Assembly: GCA_963729605.1 (NCBI GenBank)
Contig: CAVSNY010000007.1
Coordinates: forward strand, 576,001-640,000
Source: an uncultured Gammaproteobacteria bacterium
GTDB taxonomy: Bacteria > Pseudomonadota > Gammaproteobacteria > DRLM01
Direction of reading: 5' to 3'
Length of the DNA: 64,000 bases
In this document: positions 1-10,151 of the stretch, in pieces
Numbering within the stretch: the stretch's first letter is position 1
Layout: the number at the start of each line of letters is the position of its first letter
Notes under the pieces: model-generated
Databases searched by the model: none
Seen by the model: the letters and a program-made list of their open reading frames with translations, nothing else
What the model was told of the DNA's origin: nothing
Position numbers and translations under genes: made by a program

Positions 1-278
1 GGGTAGGTTTGATAATCGCCGCTGCGCGATTCGATGGCGGGGCGCTTGCGCACCTCGCCCAGCGCCCAGCTCATGGCGCGATTGATCTCGGCGGCGAGCT
101 GCGCCGGATCGGTGTGTTCCGCCTCCGCCGCCAGCGTCACCTCGGCAAGATCGTTTTGCAGTTCACCGGAGGCCTCCACGGTGAACTCCACTTGATCGTA
201 ATGCAGGTCTTCGGCGCGGGCGTGGTTCGCCGCGGCCAGCGCCGCGATCAAGATGAGTGAAACAAACCAAGGTTTCAT
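1..278 (-). CDS. SIMPL/DUF541 (YggE-like) periplasmic protein, 5' part (runs off the window)
   Basis: Not in the ORF track. Manual translation from ATG at 278 (AAGGAG RBS upstream) gives MKPWFVSLILIAALAAANHARAEDLHYDQVEFTVEASGELQNDLAEVTLAAEAEHTDPAQLAAEINRAMSWAL..., a signal peptide plus SIMPL-like N-terminus. Confidence 0.75.
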   Translation of the reverse strand, partial: MKPWFVSLILIAALAAANHARAEDLHYDQVEFTVEASGELQNDLAEVTLAAEAEHTDPAQLAAEINRAMSWALGEVRKRPAIESRSGDYQTY

Positions 279-310
279 AGTGCGTGTGCTCCTTTGAGGA
301 TGACTGAAAG

Positions 311-442
311 CTGTCTCAAAATCGGGATATGGATTTCAAACCGGTTAACCGTCCGCGCTCCATATGAATATTTCTCGGGAAATAATCCATGTTCATGGGC
401 GCCATAGGGGGCGAATACTCTTAAATCCATTTTGAGATAAGT
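311..442. mobile_element. ~130 bp MITE-like element, copy 1
   Basis: Terminal inverted repeats CTGTCTCAAAAT...ATTTTGAGATAAGT; diverged second copy at 17041-17174. Confidence 0.65.
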
Positions 443-485
443 AAGGACATCGACGAGTGTAATCCGTCCTAAATTTAGGAACGAG

Positions 486-631
486 CATCTCCCCTCCTTG
501 TTACAAGGAGGGGTGCCCCGTAGGGGCGGGGTGGTTGAAGTGCGGCGTACCCGAATAGTTTGTTCATCGCGCTTTTGAATCCACCACCCCGGCGCTAGTC
601 GCGCCACCCCTCCTCATTTGAGGAGGGGAGT
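486..631. repeat. Palindromic intergenic repeat pair (CTCCCCTCCT...AGGAGGGG type)
   Basis: ctcccctccttgttacaaggaggggtg...ggggtggt and its inverted partner accacccc...cacccctcctcatttgaggaggggag. Confidence 0.65.
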
Positions 632-752
632 GATAATACAAGCTTTCATCCCATGGCCAATGTTCCAGCCATCGCGACGCATTACACGTGCGATTAAACA
701 TAGTGTGTGCCGAAATGCACGCGAGGAGTTTAGCAGACTCGCCGCCGCGCTT

Positions 753-1919
753 TCAGTCCTCCGGCAAAAACAGCGCCGTGAGGTCGTTGAGAAAACGCTG
801 GCCCAGTTCGGTGGGGCGGATGTGATGCAGGTCGCGCTCGATCAGACCCTTGGCCTCCGCCTGTTGCAGCGGTTTTTCGACGACGTTCAACGCCAGGCCG
901 GTGTGTTCGGCGAACAGCGCCACGGGGAAACCATCGTTCAAACGCAGCGCGTTGAGCATGAAATCGAAGCCCGCTTCGCGCCGCGACAAGCTACGTTCGC
1001 TGGCGATGCGCGCGGCGCTCGCCGCCTTGGCCAGATACTCGCGCGGGTGGCGCAGCTTGGCGGTGCGGACGATGCGCTGATGCTGCGCGCTGCTGATCTT
1101 GGCGTGGGCGCCGGCGCCGATGCCGAGGTAATCGCCGAACAGCCAGTAGTTGAGATTGTGCCGGCAGCGGTGGCCCGCTTGCGCATAGGCCGACACCTCG
1201 TATTGTCCGTAACCCGCCGCCGCGATGCGCGTCTGGCAGTGTTGCTGTATCTCCCACAAGGCGTCGTGGTCCGGCAAGTTCGCCGGCGGCGTGTGGGCGT
1301 AGCGGGTGTTGGGTTCCAGCGTGAGTTGATAATGCGACAGGTGCGTGGGTTGCAGCGCGATGGCCTGTTCGAGATCGGCCAAGGCCTGCGCCACGCTTTG
1401 GCCGGGCAGGCCGAACATCAAATCCAAATTCAATTCGTCGAAGCCGGCGGCATGGGCGCGCTCGGCGGCGGTGATCGCCTCGCGCGCGCCGTGGATGCGC
1501 CCGAGTTTTTTCAGCATGTCGTCATTGAAACTCTGCACGCCGATGGAAAGACGGTTGATCCCCGCGGCGCGGAATTCCGCGAACTTGCCCGCCTCCAAGG
1601 TGCCGGGATTGGCCTCCATAGTGATCTCGGCGGTGGCGGGCAAGACCAATAAGGCCCGCAACTGCGAAAACAAACGGTCGATGCTCTCGGGCGAAAACAG
1701 ACTCGGCGTGCCGCCGCCGAGAAACACCGTCTCGATGGGGCGGCCCCAGATCGAGGGCAGGTCTTGTTCGAGATCGGCGATCAGCGCGTCGATATAAGCC
1801 CGCTCCGGCACCGCGTCCTTCGCCTCGTGGGAGTTGAAGTCGCAATACGGACACTTGCGTACGCACCACGGCAGGTGCACGTACAACGACAAAGGGGGCA
1901 GGGCGGCGAAGTTGAACAT
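753..1919 (-). CDS. hemW: Radical SAM heme chaperone HemW (YggW)
   Basis: LSLYVHLPWCVRKCPYCDFNS, GGGTPS, YEVSAY, HNLNYW motifs; normally adjacent to rdgB. Confidence 0.95.
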   Translation of the reverse strand: MFNFAALPPLSLYVHLPWCVRKCPYCDFNSHEAKDAVPERAYIDALIADLEQDLPSIWGRPIETVFLGGGTPSLFSPESIDRLFSQLRALLVLPATAEITMEANPGTLEAGKFAEFRAAGINRLSIGVQSFNDDMLKKLGRIHGAREAITAAERAHAAGFDELNLDLMFGLPGQSVAQALADLEQAIALQPTHLSHYQLTLEPNTRYAHTPPANLPDHDALWEIQQHCQTRIAAAGYGQYEVSAYAQAGHRCRHNLNYWLFGDYLGIGAGAHAKISSAQHQRIVRTAKLRHPREYLAKAASAARIASERSLSRREAGFDFMLNALRLNDGFPVALFAEHTGLALNVVEKPLQQAEAKGLIERDLHHIRPTELGQRFLNDLTALFLPED

Positions 1920-2143
1920 GGCGACAGTTTAACAGCCTTGACGGTAGGAGGTGTATCACGGGCGCTAAGCGTTACTCATCTTGATGGAAAAACATGCGTG
2001 AATATCTGTAGCGTGGATTGAACGCGGTGAAACCTGGCGTGGAATTTTCTTGACAACAGCTTGTCGGGTAGCGTCGTGGAGAAATAGGTTCCGCCTATTG
2101 CGCCGGCTTTTCGGTGAGAAAGCCATTGAGTGGGTTTGTAATG

Positions 2144-2555
2144 CTAGGTTCTATTTTTTAGTCCGGCTACGAAACTAAAAGGACACGTATGTCGCTCCGA
2201 GTACTCGGAGAACCGCTTCCTGCTGGAACTGGGTCTTGTAGGTGCCACGATCTCGTTAAGCGCGGCGCTCGTAGTGATATTTCCCTCGTGAATAATATTC
2301 AACACATACGAAGCTTCACGAATGAGGGATCGGTAGTTAACCTCCCTTATCCAGAGGCCGGCCAAACGCTCAAGCCTCCGGGAAATTGCGGAGTGACTGG
2401 TTGAGAAAGCTTGCCAATCTTCGGCGGTGACTATTCCACCCGGCGTGGTGGTTTCGAAGTGCAGCAACTCGCTGATCATGGCCTTTTGCCCGTTGGGACA
2501 AATTGATTGTCCGGGGCGCGCAGGCGCTAAGGAATGCGACAAGCGCGGCGCCCAT
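2144..2555 (-). pseudogene. DUF3574-like lipoprotein, frameshifted
   Basis: Lipobox-like FLSAC in one frame; 'ELLHFETTTPGGIVTAEDWQAF' and 'IREASYVLNIIH' in another. Confidence 0.5.
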
Positions 2556-2798
2556 CAAAAAGTATTTGCGGTACGCGGGTTCATCCTTACGAAAAATAAC
2601 GTTTGTGATAAGTGTGCTTTTCTCAATAGGCTCGGCTCGTCGGTCATCTTTACATCCACACACATCTGCCTTCATGATATCGGGCAGCTCCGGCGTCCAA
2701 TTCAGATTAATTACAGTTGCTTATTCTGGGACAAAGAATCTTTGGTGTAAAAACTGCATTACCAGAGACCAATACGACAATATGGAGGTCGATTCCTC

Positions 2799-3458
2799 AT
2801 GAAATTTAATAGAATGGTAATAATAAGCACGGTGTTCCTGTTTTTAGGAGTCAACGTCGCCCAAGCCAGTCCAATCACTACTCTCTACAATACAGGCGTG
2901 GACGCGAATGGTGTGGTGCTTGCTAATGGCGTGATCGGAGATCCGCACTATTCCCTGATATCAGTTCCGGGCGGAACCAGCACCATTATGACCCGCACTT
3001 CGGCCGGCGGTTATCCGATCGGACCTTGGCTCGCTGACAATGACTTATCGGTTTGGATCGGCCCCGCCAATAATTCTCAGCTGAACGGACCAGTAGGTGA
3101 TTTTATATATCGAACAAGCTTCGATCTCACGGGTTTTAATCCATTGAGCGCCTCGATTACCGGACAATGGGCAACGGACAATCCGGGTACCAGCCTGCTG
3201 CTTAACGGTATCGTAGCTGCCGGCATGACGACTACGGGTTATACCGTTTGGTCGCCCTTCATACTCACTAGCGGATTTATCGCCGGGATCAATACGCTTG
3301 ATTTCGTGGTCCGTAACAATGGCGGGCCAACAGGCTTGCGCGTGGAAATGACCGGCAATGCCTCACCCGCTATCGGAGCGGTTCCGGAGCCCGCAACGCT
3401 TGCCTTGTTCGGACTTGGATTGATGGGCGTTGCGTTAGGGCGTCGACGCAAGCATTAA
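2799..3458 (+). CDS. PEP-CTERM sorting domain surface protein
   Basis: Signal peptide; C-terminal VPEPATLALFGLGLMGVALGRRRKH. Confidence 0.95.
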   Translation: MKFNRMVIISTVFLFLGVNVAQASPITTLYNTGVDANGVVLANGVIGDPHYSLISVPGGTSTIMTRTSAGGYPIGPWLADNDLSVWIGPANNSQLNGPVGDFIYRTSFDLTGFNPLSASITGQWATDNPGTSLLLNGIVAAGMTTTGYTVWSPFILTSGFIAGINTLDFVVRNNGGPTGLRVEMTGNASPAIGAVPEPATLALFGLGLMGVALGRRRKH

Positions 3459-3587
3459 ATCCGGATTTAATTTCATCCGAGATACGCTTGTGGCTCTCGA
3501 GGATGGGCAACACATCGAGGCTGAAACAGACCTGCTGCGGCGGCGGCCGGCGTGCACCAGATCGCAAGTTGCGCCAATGCGGCCGTG

Positions 3588-3680
3588 GTGAGGACAAAAG
3601 CAAAATGGCGGGATCGTTTGGCGTGAGGCATGACACGGCTCCTTGCCGTTTATGAGAATGGCATTTTAGCGCCTGGCGAG
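3588..3680. repeat. ~90 bp dispersed repeat, copy 1
   Basis: gcgggatcgtttggcgtgaggcatgacacggc..ttgccgttt.tgagaatggcattttagcgc recurs at 7973-8063. Confidence 0.7.
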
Positions 3681-4019
3681 GGGAAGCCTCGGGGCCGGTA
3701 ATGAAACGCAGTGGAATCTTTTGATGTTGAGCTTCACTGCTCAGTCTGCGGAATTGTTGTAATGCCAACGATCGGAAGTGGGAGGCGACTGTAAAAAAAG
3801 TTAAACCCACCCCCGACGCGCTCCTAACTAACCGCCCGCACCTTACAGGAAACATTGACAAACATGTGGTATCTACTACGCTTCCTTCTCCACCGAAAAA
3901 CAAAATCTGCTCTTGACATCAAAGCAGCAAAGGGAGGGTTTCCCCGCATAGGCCGACATGGTGTTCCTAACGCTTGGCGCAGGAGACCAACTACTAACGA
4001 ATTGTGAAGGAGGCACCTT

Positions 4020-6644
4020 ATGTGTGTACATCCTCGCAGTATGCTGTTGGGTCTCTTGTTGGTCATTTCAAACTTTAATTTCATTCAGTTCGCCGCCGCC
4101 GCGGCCGGTGACCTCGATGCGGGTTTCGGCAGCGGAGGCAAGGTCACGACGGACTTTTCACCCACGGTAAACGACATCGATTGGGCGAATGACGTCGCGA
4201 TTCAAAGTGACGGTAAATTAGTCGTCGCCGGATATACCTTCGACTCCGGGACGAGCCCGACGCAACACTTCATGCTGGCGCGTTACCACCCTGATGGTAG
4301 CCTGGATGCCGGTTTCGGAGCAGGCGGTCTGGTGCAAACCAATTTTGGTAATCCGGGGGTTTTTGCCGGTGTAAAAATCCAGGCTGACGGCAAGATCGTG
4401 GCGGTGGGGTCAATTGCAGTGACGACGTTGACGACGGGGTCTCGGTTTTTTATCGCGCGATATAACAGCGACGGTAGCCTGGACACCAGCTTCGGCACCG
4501 GCGGCAGCACGACCACCGCCGCCGGTGAGAACGGGAGTAACGGCCTAGGACTGGCGATTCAGGCCGACGGAAAGATCGTTGTCGTCGGTTCCCATGGTCT
4601 CGCGTTTTCTGGACTCAACTTCGCCGTCGCGCGCTATAACACGGACGGCAGTTTGGACAGTAGCTTCGACGGTGACGGCATCGTGTCGACCGATATCGCC
4701 GGGAGTGGTGATGGCGCCAACGATGTTGCACTGCAAGCCGACGGCAAGATCGTCGTGGTGGGCGTGGGTGTTGATCCCTCACTATCCACCACCTCGCGCT
4801 TCGCCGTGGTCCGATACAACGCCAATGGTAGCTTGGATACTAGCTTTGACGGTGACGGCAAGACCACCACCGCGCTCGGTACCATACTCGACTCGGCGCA
4901 CGCCGTGGCCATTCAAGGCGATGGCAAGATCTTATTGGCGGGGTCGTCCCACAACAGCGCAACCAGCGCGCCGGATTTCGCGTTGGTGCGCTACACCACC
5001 GCCGGCAGTCTGGATGGCACGTTCAATGGGACGGGCCGCGTGGTCACGCCGTTTCCTTATGGCCAAAGCGTGGCCAATGGCGTGGTGGTATTGCCGAACG
5101 GAAAAATCGTTGCCGGCGGTTTTACGACCGGCGACCCCGGCGCCGCGTCGGGTAACGATTTCGCCTTGGCGCGTTACAACTCCAACGGTAGTTTGGACAG
5201 CAATTTCGGCACCGGCGGACTGGTGACGACACCCTTCGGCACCCCGGCGCTCGGGAGTGACGACTTCGCCAACGCGCTACTTTTGCAGCCGGACGGAAAG
5301 CTGGTGCTGGCCGGCTATCTCACCAAATTCGGCGTCGGTTCGGATCGAGATCTGGCGCTCGCACGCTATCTCGATGCCCCCGATCCGCCGGTCGCCAACG
5401 CCGGCCCCGACCAGAGCGTCAATGAGGGTGATACGGTGATCTTGGACGGCTCGGCCAGCGCTGACGCGGGGAACCCGCCGCTGACCTATCACTGGACGCA
5501 GTTGGCGGGCACGCCGGTGGCGTTGAATTTATCCGATCCCGTCCATCCCCTGTTCGTCGCGCCCAATGTCGCGTCGGGCGGCGAGACCTTGTCGTTCCAG
5601 TTGATCGTGAATAACGGCCTCGCCGACAGCGCTCCTGATACGGTCGATGTCACGGTAAAGAACGTTAATCACGCGCCGGTGGCGGACGCCGGCCCGGCGC
5701 AGACCGTGGCGGAAGGCGCGCCGGTCACCCTCGACGGCACCGGCAGCTTTGATGTGGACGGCGATACCCTCGCCTACGCGTGGACGCAAACCGCCGGTCC
5801 CGCCGTCACGCTCGCCGGTTCCACGACGGCCAATCCGACCTTCACCGCGCCGGCGGTGGCCAGCGGCAGTGTCGTGTTCACCTTCCAACTCACGGTCAGC
5901 GACGGCGCGCTTAGCGCGATTGCCTCCGTCAATGTGACGGTGGAGCATGTCAATCACGCACCGGCCGCTGACGCGGGCGCTCCGCAAACCGTCAACGAAG
6001 GCAGCGTGGTGATCCTCGACGGCTCGCTCAGCGGTGACCCCGACGGCGACGCGCTCACCTACGCGTGGACACAGTTGGCGGGACCGGCGGTGAGCTTGAA
6101 TTTAAGCAATCCAGTGCAGCCAGTGTTCACCGCGCCCAACGTCAGTTCGGGCGGAGCGGTGCTGCGTTTTCAACTGATCGTCAATGACGGCTCGTTGAGC
6201 AGTGCGCCGAGCACGATCGACATCACGGTGCTGGACGTGAACGACCCGCCGGTCTGCACCATGGCGCAAGCCTCGCCCGCGAGTCTGTGGCCGCCCAATC
6301 ACAAGCTGAAGTTGGTCACCATCACCGGCGCCAGCGATCCGAACAACGACGGTGTCACCCTGACCATCACCGGCGTGATGCAGGATGAGCCGGTCGATGG
6401 TTTGGGTGACGGCGATACCGATCCGGATGCGATCATTCAAGACGCCAGCGTGCTGTTACGCGCCGAACGGTCCGGCATGGACAATGGACGGGTCTACCAC
6501 GTCAACTTCACCGCGAATGACGGGCAGGGCGGCGTATGCAGCGGAACGGTGAAGGTCACTGTTCCCCATTCCAAAAATCAAACCGCCGTCGATGGCGGCC
6601 TCTTGTTCGATTCCACCGTCGATCTGCCGGATGGCGGACATTGA
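4020..6644 (+). CDS. Secreted delta-60 repeat beta-propeller protein with three PKD/K319L-like domains
   Basis: Repeated 'A(I/L)QxDGKI(V/L)xxG...ARYNxDGSLDxSF' units; 'PVANAGPDQxVxEG..VxLDGSxSxD' repeats; C-terminal LWPPNHK domain. Confidence 0.9.
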   Translation: MCVHPRSMLLGLLLVISNFNFIQFAAAAAGDLDAGFGSGGKVTTDFSPTVNDIDWANDVAIQSDGKLVVAGYTFDSGTSPTQHFMLARYHPDGSLDAGFGAGGLVQTNFGNPGVFAGVKIQADGKIVAVGSIAVTTLTTGSRFFIARYNSDGSLDTSFGTGGSTTTAAGENGSNGLGLAIQADGKIVVVGSHGLAFSGLNFAVARYNTDGSLDSSFDGDGIVSTDIAGSGDGANDVALQADGKIVVVGVGVDPSLSTTSRFAVVRYNANGSLDTSFDGDGKTTTALGTILDSAHAVAIQGDGKILLAGSSHNSATSAPDFALVRYTTAGSLDGTFNGTGRVVTPFPYGQSVANGVVVLPNGKIVAGGFTTGDPGAASGNDFALARYNSNGSLDSNFGTGGLVTTPFGTPALGSDDFANALLLQPDGKLVLAGYLTKFGVGSDRDLALARYLDAPDPPVANAGPDQSVNEGDTVILDGSASADAGNPPLTYHWTQLAGTPVALNLSDPVHPLFVAPNVASGGETLSFQLIVNNGLADSAPDTVDVTVKNVNHAPVADAGPAQTVAEGAPVTLDGTGSFDVDGDTLAYAWTQTAGPAVTLAGSTTANPTFTAPAVASGSVVFTFQLTVSDGALSAIASVNVTVEHVNHAPAADAGAPQTVNEGSVVILDGSLSGDPDGDALTYAWTQLAGPAVSLNLSNPVQPVFTAPNVSSGGAVLRFQLIVNDGSLSSAPSTIDITVLDVNDPPVCTMAQASPASLWPPNHKLKLVTITGASDPNNDGVTLTITGVMQDEPVDGLGDGDTDPDAIIQDASVLLRAERSGMDNGRVYHVNFTANDGQGGVCSGTVKVTVPHSKNQTAVDGGLLFDSTVDLPDGGH

Positions 6645-6676
6645 AGCAGCGGCGGAGGTTAGTAACCGAATCGTGA

Positions 6677-6716
6677 CCGGCCATGGTGCGCGTGGTTACT
6701 GCGCATCATGGCCGGC
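6677..6716 (+). terminator. Hairpin downstream of the PKD gene
   Basis: ccggccatggtgcgc...gcgcatcatggccgg inverted repeat; no clear U-tract. Confidence 0.35.
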
Positions 6717-6771
6717 GCGAGGCATCTGCATAAGCGGCACGATAGCTTGGTCGTGAATGATCTTCAGCTCT

Positions 6772-6931
6772 GTAGGTTGAACGTAGTGAAGCCCAGCATG
6801 GAGTTACTCGTAATAACCGCCGGCCCAACGTGTTATGGACAAATCCATTCCACCCATTGTGCCCGTTTTCCAGAACGCATCAAATGAATCGGCATGTGAT
6901 GTTGGGCTTAATTTCATTCAGCCCAACCTAC
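6772..6931. repeat. REP doublet (REPIN-like), GTAG family, copy 1 (diverged)
   Basis: GTAGGTTGAACGTAGTGAAGCCCAGCAT...ATGTTGGGCTTAATTTCATTCAGCCCAACCTAC. Confidence 0.8.
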
Positions 6932-6946
6932 AGGACTTCAGCCTAT

Positions 6947-7112
6947 GTAGGTTGGGTTGAACGTAGTGAAACCCAACATGGAGTTACTTGTGATAACCGC
7001 AGATCAGGTGTGCCATGAAGAAACCCATCCCGCCCATTGCGCTAGTTTTCCGGTAACGCATCAATTAAATTGGCATGTGATGTTGGGCTTCATTTCATTC
7101 AGCCCAACCTAC
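6947..7112. repeat. REP doublet (REPIN-like), copy 2
   Basis: GTAGGTTGGGTTGAACGTAGTGAAACCCAACAT...ATGTTGGGCTTCATTTCATTCAGCCCAACCTAC; near-identical to 12604-12769. Confidence 0.85.
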
Positions 7113-7117
7113 AGGAC

Positions 7118-7168
7118 TGCCCATCACGCGCGTGCGTCCTCGCACGTCGCGTGATGGGCTTGTTATGC
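7118..7168 (-). other. attC site, truncated by the REP doublet
   Basis: Minus strand GCATAAC-aag-CCCATCACGCGACGTGCGAGGACGCACGCGCGTGATGGG; R'' box and palindrome present, R' missing. Confidence 0.75.
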
Positions 7169-7183
7169 GCCGCCACCAAGCCT

Positions 7184-7624
7184 TTATCTGGCGATTTTCG
7201 AAAACTCACACTTCAGTTGCACGGACCGCGCCTTTACTCCTGCACCAATGACACTGTGACCATTGACCTGCGATGCGGCGATGACTTTGAGCTTTGTATG
7301 GATGACGTATGTCCATACGCTAACAGCAGTAGAATTTTTCGCGACAGAACCAACCACCAAGACTTCTTCTGTACTTCCAAGAACCTCGGCGGGCTTTCCG
7401 TCCACCAGAGCTTCAGACTTGCCGTTATACTCAAACAGCCATTTGCCCCCGAAACGCTCATTCTCTGACCAGCCGTCCGCAAGCAGCCCGCCATCAATAC
7501 CGATCTCCTGGCGGTAGCCCTCAGTACGTGTGTCGACGCAGACGGCAGTGAAGCCTTCTACCGCGAAGGAACTCTCTGCAGCGGCAAGGAGGACGACTGC
7601 GATCAAACTCCTCTGCAGTGTCAT
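7184..7624 (-). CDS. Integron cassette gene F: secreted hypothetical protein
   Basis: GTTATGC core, AGGAG RBS, ATG at 7624; signal peptide; followed by attC. Confidence 0.75.
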   Translation of the reverse strand: MTLQRSLIAVVLLAAAESSFAVEGFTAVCVDTRTEGYRQEIGIDGGLLADGWSENERFGGKWLFEYNGKSEALVDGKPAEVLGSTEEVLVVGSVAKNSTAVSVWTYVIHTKLKVIAASQVNGHSVIGAGVKARSVQLKCEFSKIAR

Positions 7625-7643
7625 ACGACGATCTCCTCTGATC

Positions 7644-7865
7644 GCATAACTTAAAGTAGACCCCGATATTGGGGTGTTATAACACACCATTTTTAGCACC
7701 TAATCCCGCTGATATAGCCATAACCCTGTGCTTCAATTGGCATCAGCCTATATCAATCCGTAAAAGTACACCACTAAACGCACGGAGAAATAGGGCGTGA
7801 AGAACTAGCCGAATCTTATGATGGAGCTTATCGCGCTATTGGCGTCAGGGTGGCCGAATATTCTC
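7644..7865 (-). promoter_or_regulatory. attI-like/leader region, copy 3
   Basis: ~215 bp conserved in 3 copies; ends GGTCTAC-TTTAA-GTTATGC; identity among copies stops at the GTT crossover point. Confidence 0.6.
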
Positions 7866-7971
7866 TTACCCCCGCAACGCCTCAATCAACTTCCGCAATG
7901 CCAGCCCGCGATGGCTCAAACTGTTTTTGATGTCAGGCGTTAATTCGGCGGAGGAGCAGTCGTGGGTGGGG
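7866..7971 (-). pseudogene. Duplicated 3' end of rdgB
   Basis: Encodes [34 protein letters not shown], nearly identical to the rdgB C-terminus. Confidence 0.9.
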
Positions 7972-7972
7972 A

Positions 7973-8063
7973 GTGAGGGCAACGGCAAATAGCGGGATCG
8001 TTTGCCGTTAGACATGACACGGCGTCTTGCCGTTTGTGAGAATGGCATTTAGCGCGTGGCGAG
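7973..8063. repeat. ~90 bp dispersed repeat, copy 2
   Basis: Matches 3588-3680; contains GTTAGAC; lies at the rdgB-fragment junction. Confidence 0.7.
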
Positions 8064-8077
8064 CCGGGAAGTCCGCG

Positions 8078-9732
8078 TCACATCTCCTTCAGATATTCGT
8101 GCACGAACAGGACCGCCATCGACCCCTCGCCGACGGCCGAGGCGACGCGCTTGACCGAGCCGGACCGGACGTCGCCCGCGGCGAAGACGCCGGGGCGGCT
8201 GGTCTCCAGCAGGTAGGGCTGCCGACGTGCCGTCCACGCCTCGGAATTCGCCAGGGACGGCCCCGGTCCGGACGAATCCCTTCTCGTCCTTCTCGATCTC
8301 CGGGGGGAGCCAGTCGGTCCGCGGCGTCGCGCCGATGAAGCTGAACAGGGCCGGGGTCTTGATCGTCCGCGCCTCGCCCGTCTTGTTGTTGACGACCTCG
8401 ACCTCGCGGAGGCAGCGGTCCCCGGACATCCGCCGGACCTCGGTGTTGAGGAGCACCTCGATGTTGGGGGTCTCCTCGATCCGCTGGGCCAGGTAGCTCG
8501 ACATGTGCTTGTAGAGGTCGTCGCCGCGGACCACGAGGTACACCTTGCGGACCTGCCCGGCGAGGAAGACGGCGGCCTGGCCGGCGGAGTTGCCGCCGCC
8601 GACGACCACGACGTCCGAGCCCTCGGCAGAGCTGCGCCTCGATGGGGGTCGCGGCGTAGTAGACGCCGCACCCTTCGAACCGCTCGCACCCCTCGACGCC
8701 CAGCCGGCGGTAGTCGGCCCCGGTGGCGATCAGCAGGCACTTGGCCGAGACCGTCTCGCCGTCGTCGAGGTGCAGCACCGCGTACTTGTTGTCGAACGTC
8801 AGGCCCGTGACCGGCGAGGCGACGGGCAGGTGCGCCCCGAACTTGTTGGCCTGCACGACGGCGTTCTCGGCAAGTTCGCCGCCGGTGATGCCGGTGGGGA
8901 AGCCGAGGTAGTTCTCGATCCGCATGCTGCGGCCGGCCTGACCCCCGGGCGCGTCCCGCTCCAGCACGACCGTGTTCAGCCCCTCGGAGGCGCCGTAGAC
9001 GGCCGCGGCCAGCCCCGCCGGGCCGGCCCCCACCACGGCCAGGTCGTACACCGTGTGCTCGAGCGGCCGGCGGAGGCCGAGGGCATCCGCCAGCTCCTCG
9101 GTTCGAGGGGTTGCGCAGGAGCAGCTTGTGGCCCCAGGCGACCACGGGCGTGTCGGCCTCGGTCAGCCCGGACTGCTCGAGCAACTGCTTCACCTGCGGG
9201 TCGGCCTCCAGGTCCAGCCAGGTGAACGGCACCCGGTTCTTGGCCAGGAACTCGCGGACCCGGAAGGTGTCCTGCGAGTAGCGCGACCCGATCACGCGCA
9301 GGCCCGTGAAGTCCCCCGATCTCGTGGAGGAGGTGGCGGCGGGCGATGAAGGCCCGGAGGATGACGTCGCCCAGGTCCGGGTGGACGTTCAGGATCTCAC
9401 GCAGGGCATCGTTCGAGACCTCGAAGACGTCGCACTCGCCCCGGGCGACGCCGCTGAAGATCGCCGGGCCCCCGGTCAACTGGGCCACCTCGCCGGTGAA
9501 CTCCCCGGGCCCGAGGGTCGCGACGATCTTCGGCTCATCGCCGGAGTCGTCGACGATCTCGACCTCGCCGGTCTTGACGACGTAGAAGTTGCAGTCGCAT
9601 TGCGCCGGCTTCGAAGAGCTTCTCCCCGTCGCGATAATGCTTGAGCTTCGACAGAGGGCAGCCCTCCAGCGCGGCGAGCTGGGCCTCGTCGAGCCTGGGG
9701 AATGCGGCGGCGTGCAGGTCCTGATCGATCAT
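8078..9732 (-). pseudogene. cNMP-binding domain-fused thioredoxin reductase-like FAD oxidoreductase, multiply frameshifted
   Basis: YDLAVVGAGPAGLAAAVYGASEG, VVGGGNSAGQAA, PGVFAAGDVRSGSVKRVASAVGEG in different frames; N-terminal cNMP-binding piece; very high GC3, unlike the host. Confidence 0.85.
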
Positions 9733-9789
9733 GTCTCGGGCTCCTTTGGTTCGACGCTGTCTGCTTCAGTCACACAGGACCGGCAGGAT

Positions 9790-10151
9790 ATGCTCCGGCA
9801 CCGGCAGCGCCGTCTCGTCGACGTAGACAGCCTTGCCCATGAGTGAGTCGATCTTGCGTTTCATCGCCTGGGGTGAATATCTCAGGTTTGCAGGTATCGC
9901 CATAGGCCGGACGGCCGCTGTCGTCGTTGCGCTGGTCGAAGAACGACAAGTCCAGCTCGTGGTCGATCAGAGAATTGACGGTGTATTCAAACGTGCCGGG
10001 GAGAATCTGGTCCCGAAAGGAGATCGGGATCATCTTGCCTTGCTCGTAGCAGTAATCCTTGTGGCGGGCCATCCATTCCCCCTTCAGGCTGAGCGGCCTG
10101 TTATGGCATCTTGGATAGCAGTAATTATAGGACCGAATGGGGTTTTTCTAC
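9790..10151 (-). mobile_element. IS1182-family remnant, internally deleted
   Basis: MARHKDYCYEQGKMIPISFRDQILPGTFEYTVNSLIDHELDLSFFDQRNDDSGRPAY N-terminus joined to an RMKRKIDS-like C-terminal piece; end tgtagaaaaacccc. Confidence 0.65.

Noticed and set aside
3950-3997. Fluoride or c-di-GMP riboswitch
   Set aside because: Only partial resemblance (ATGGTGTTC...CTAC); required conserved elements are absent and the gene context does not fit fluoride
6830-7154. Duplicated 63-65 aa ORFs (also at 12614-12805)
   Set aside because: Translations of the REP doublets
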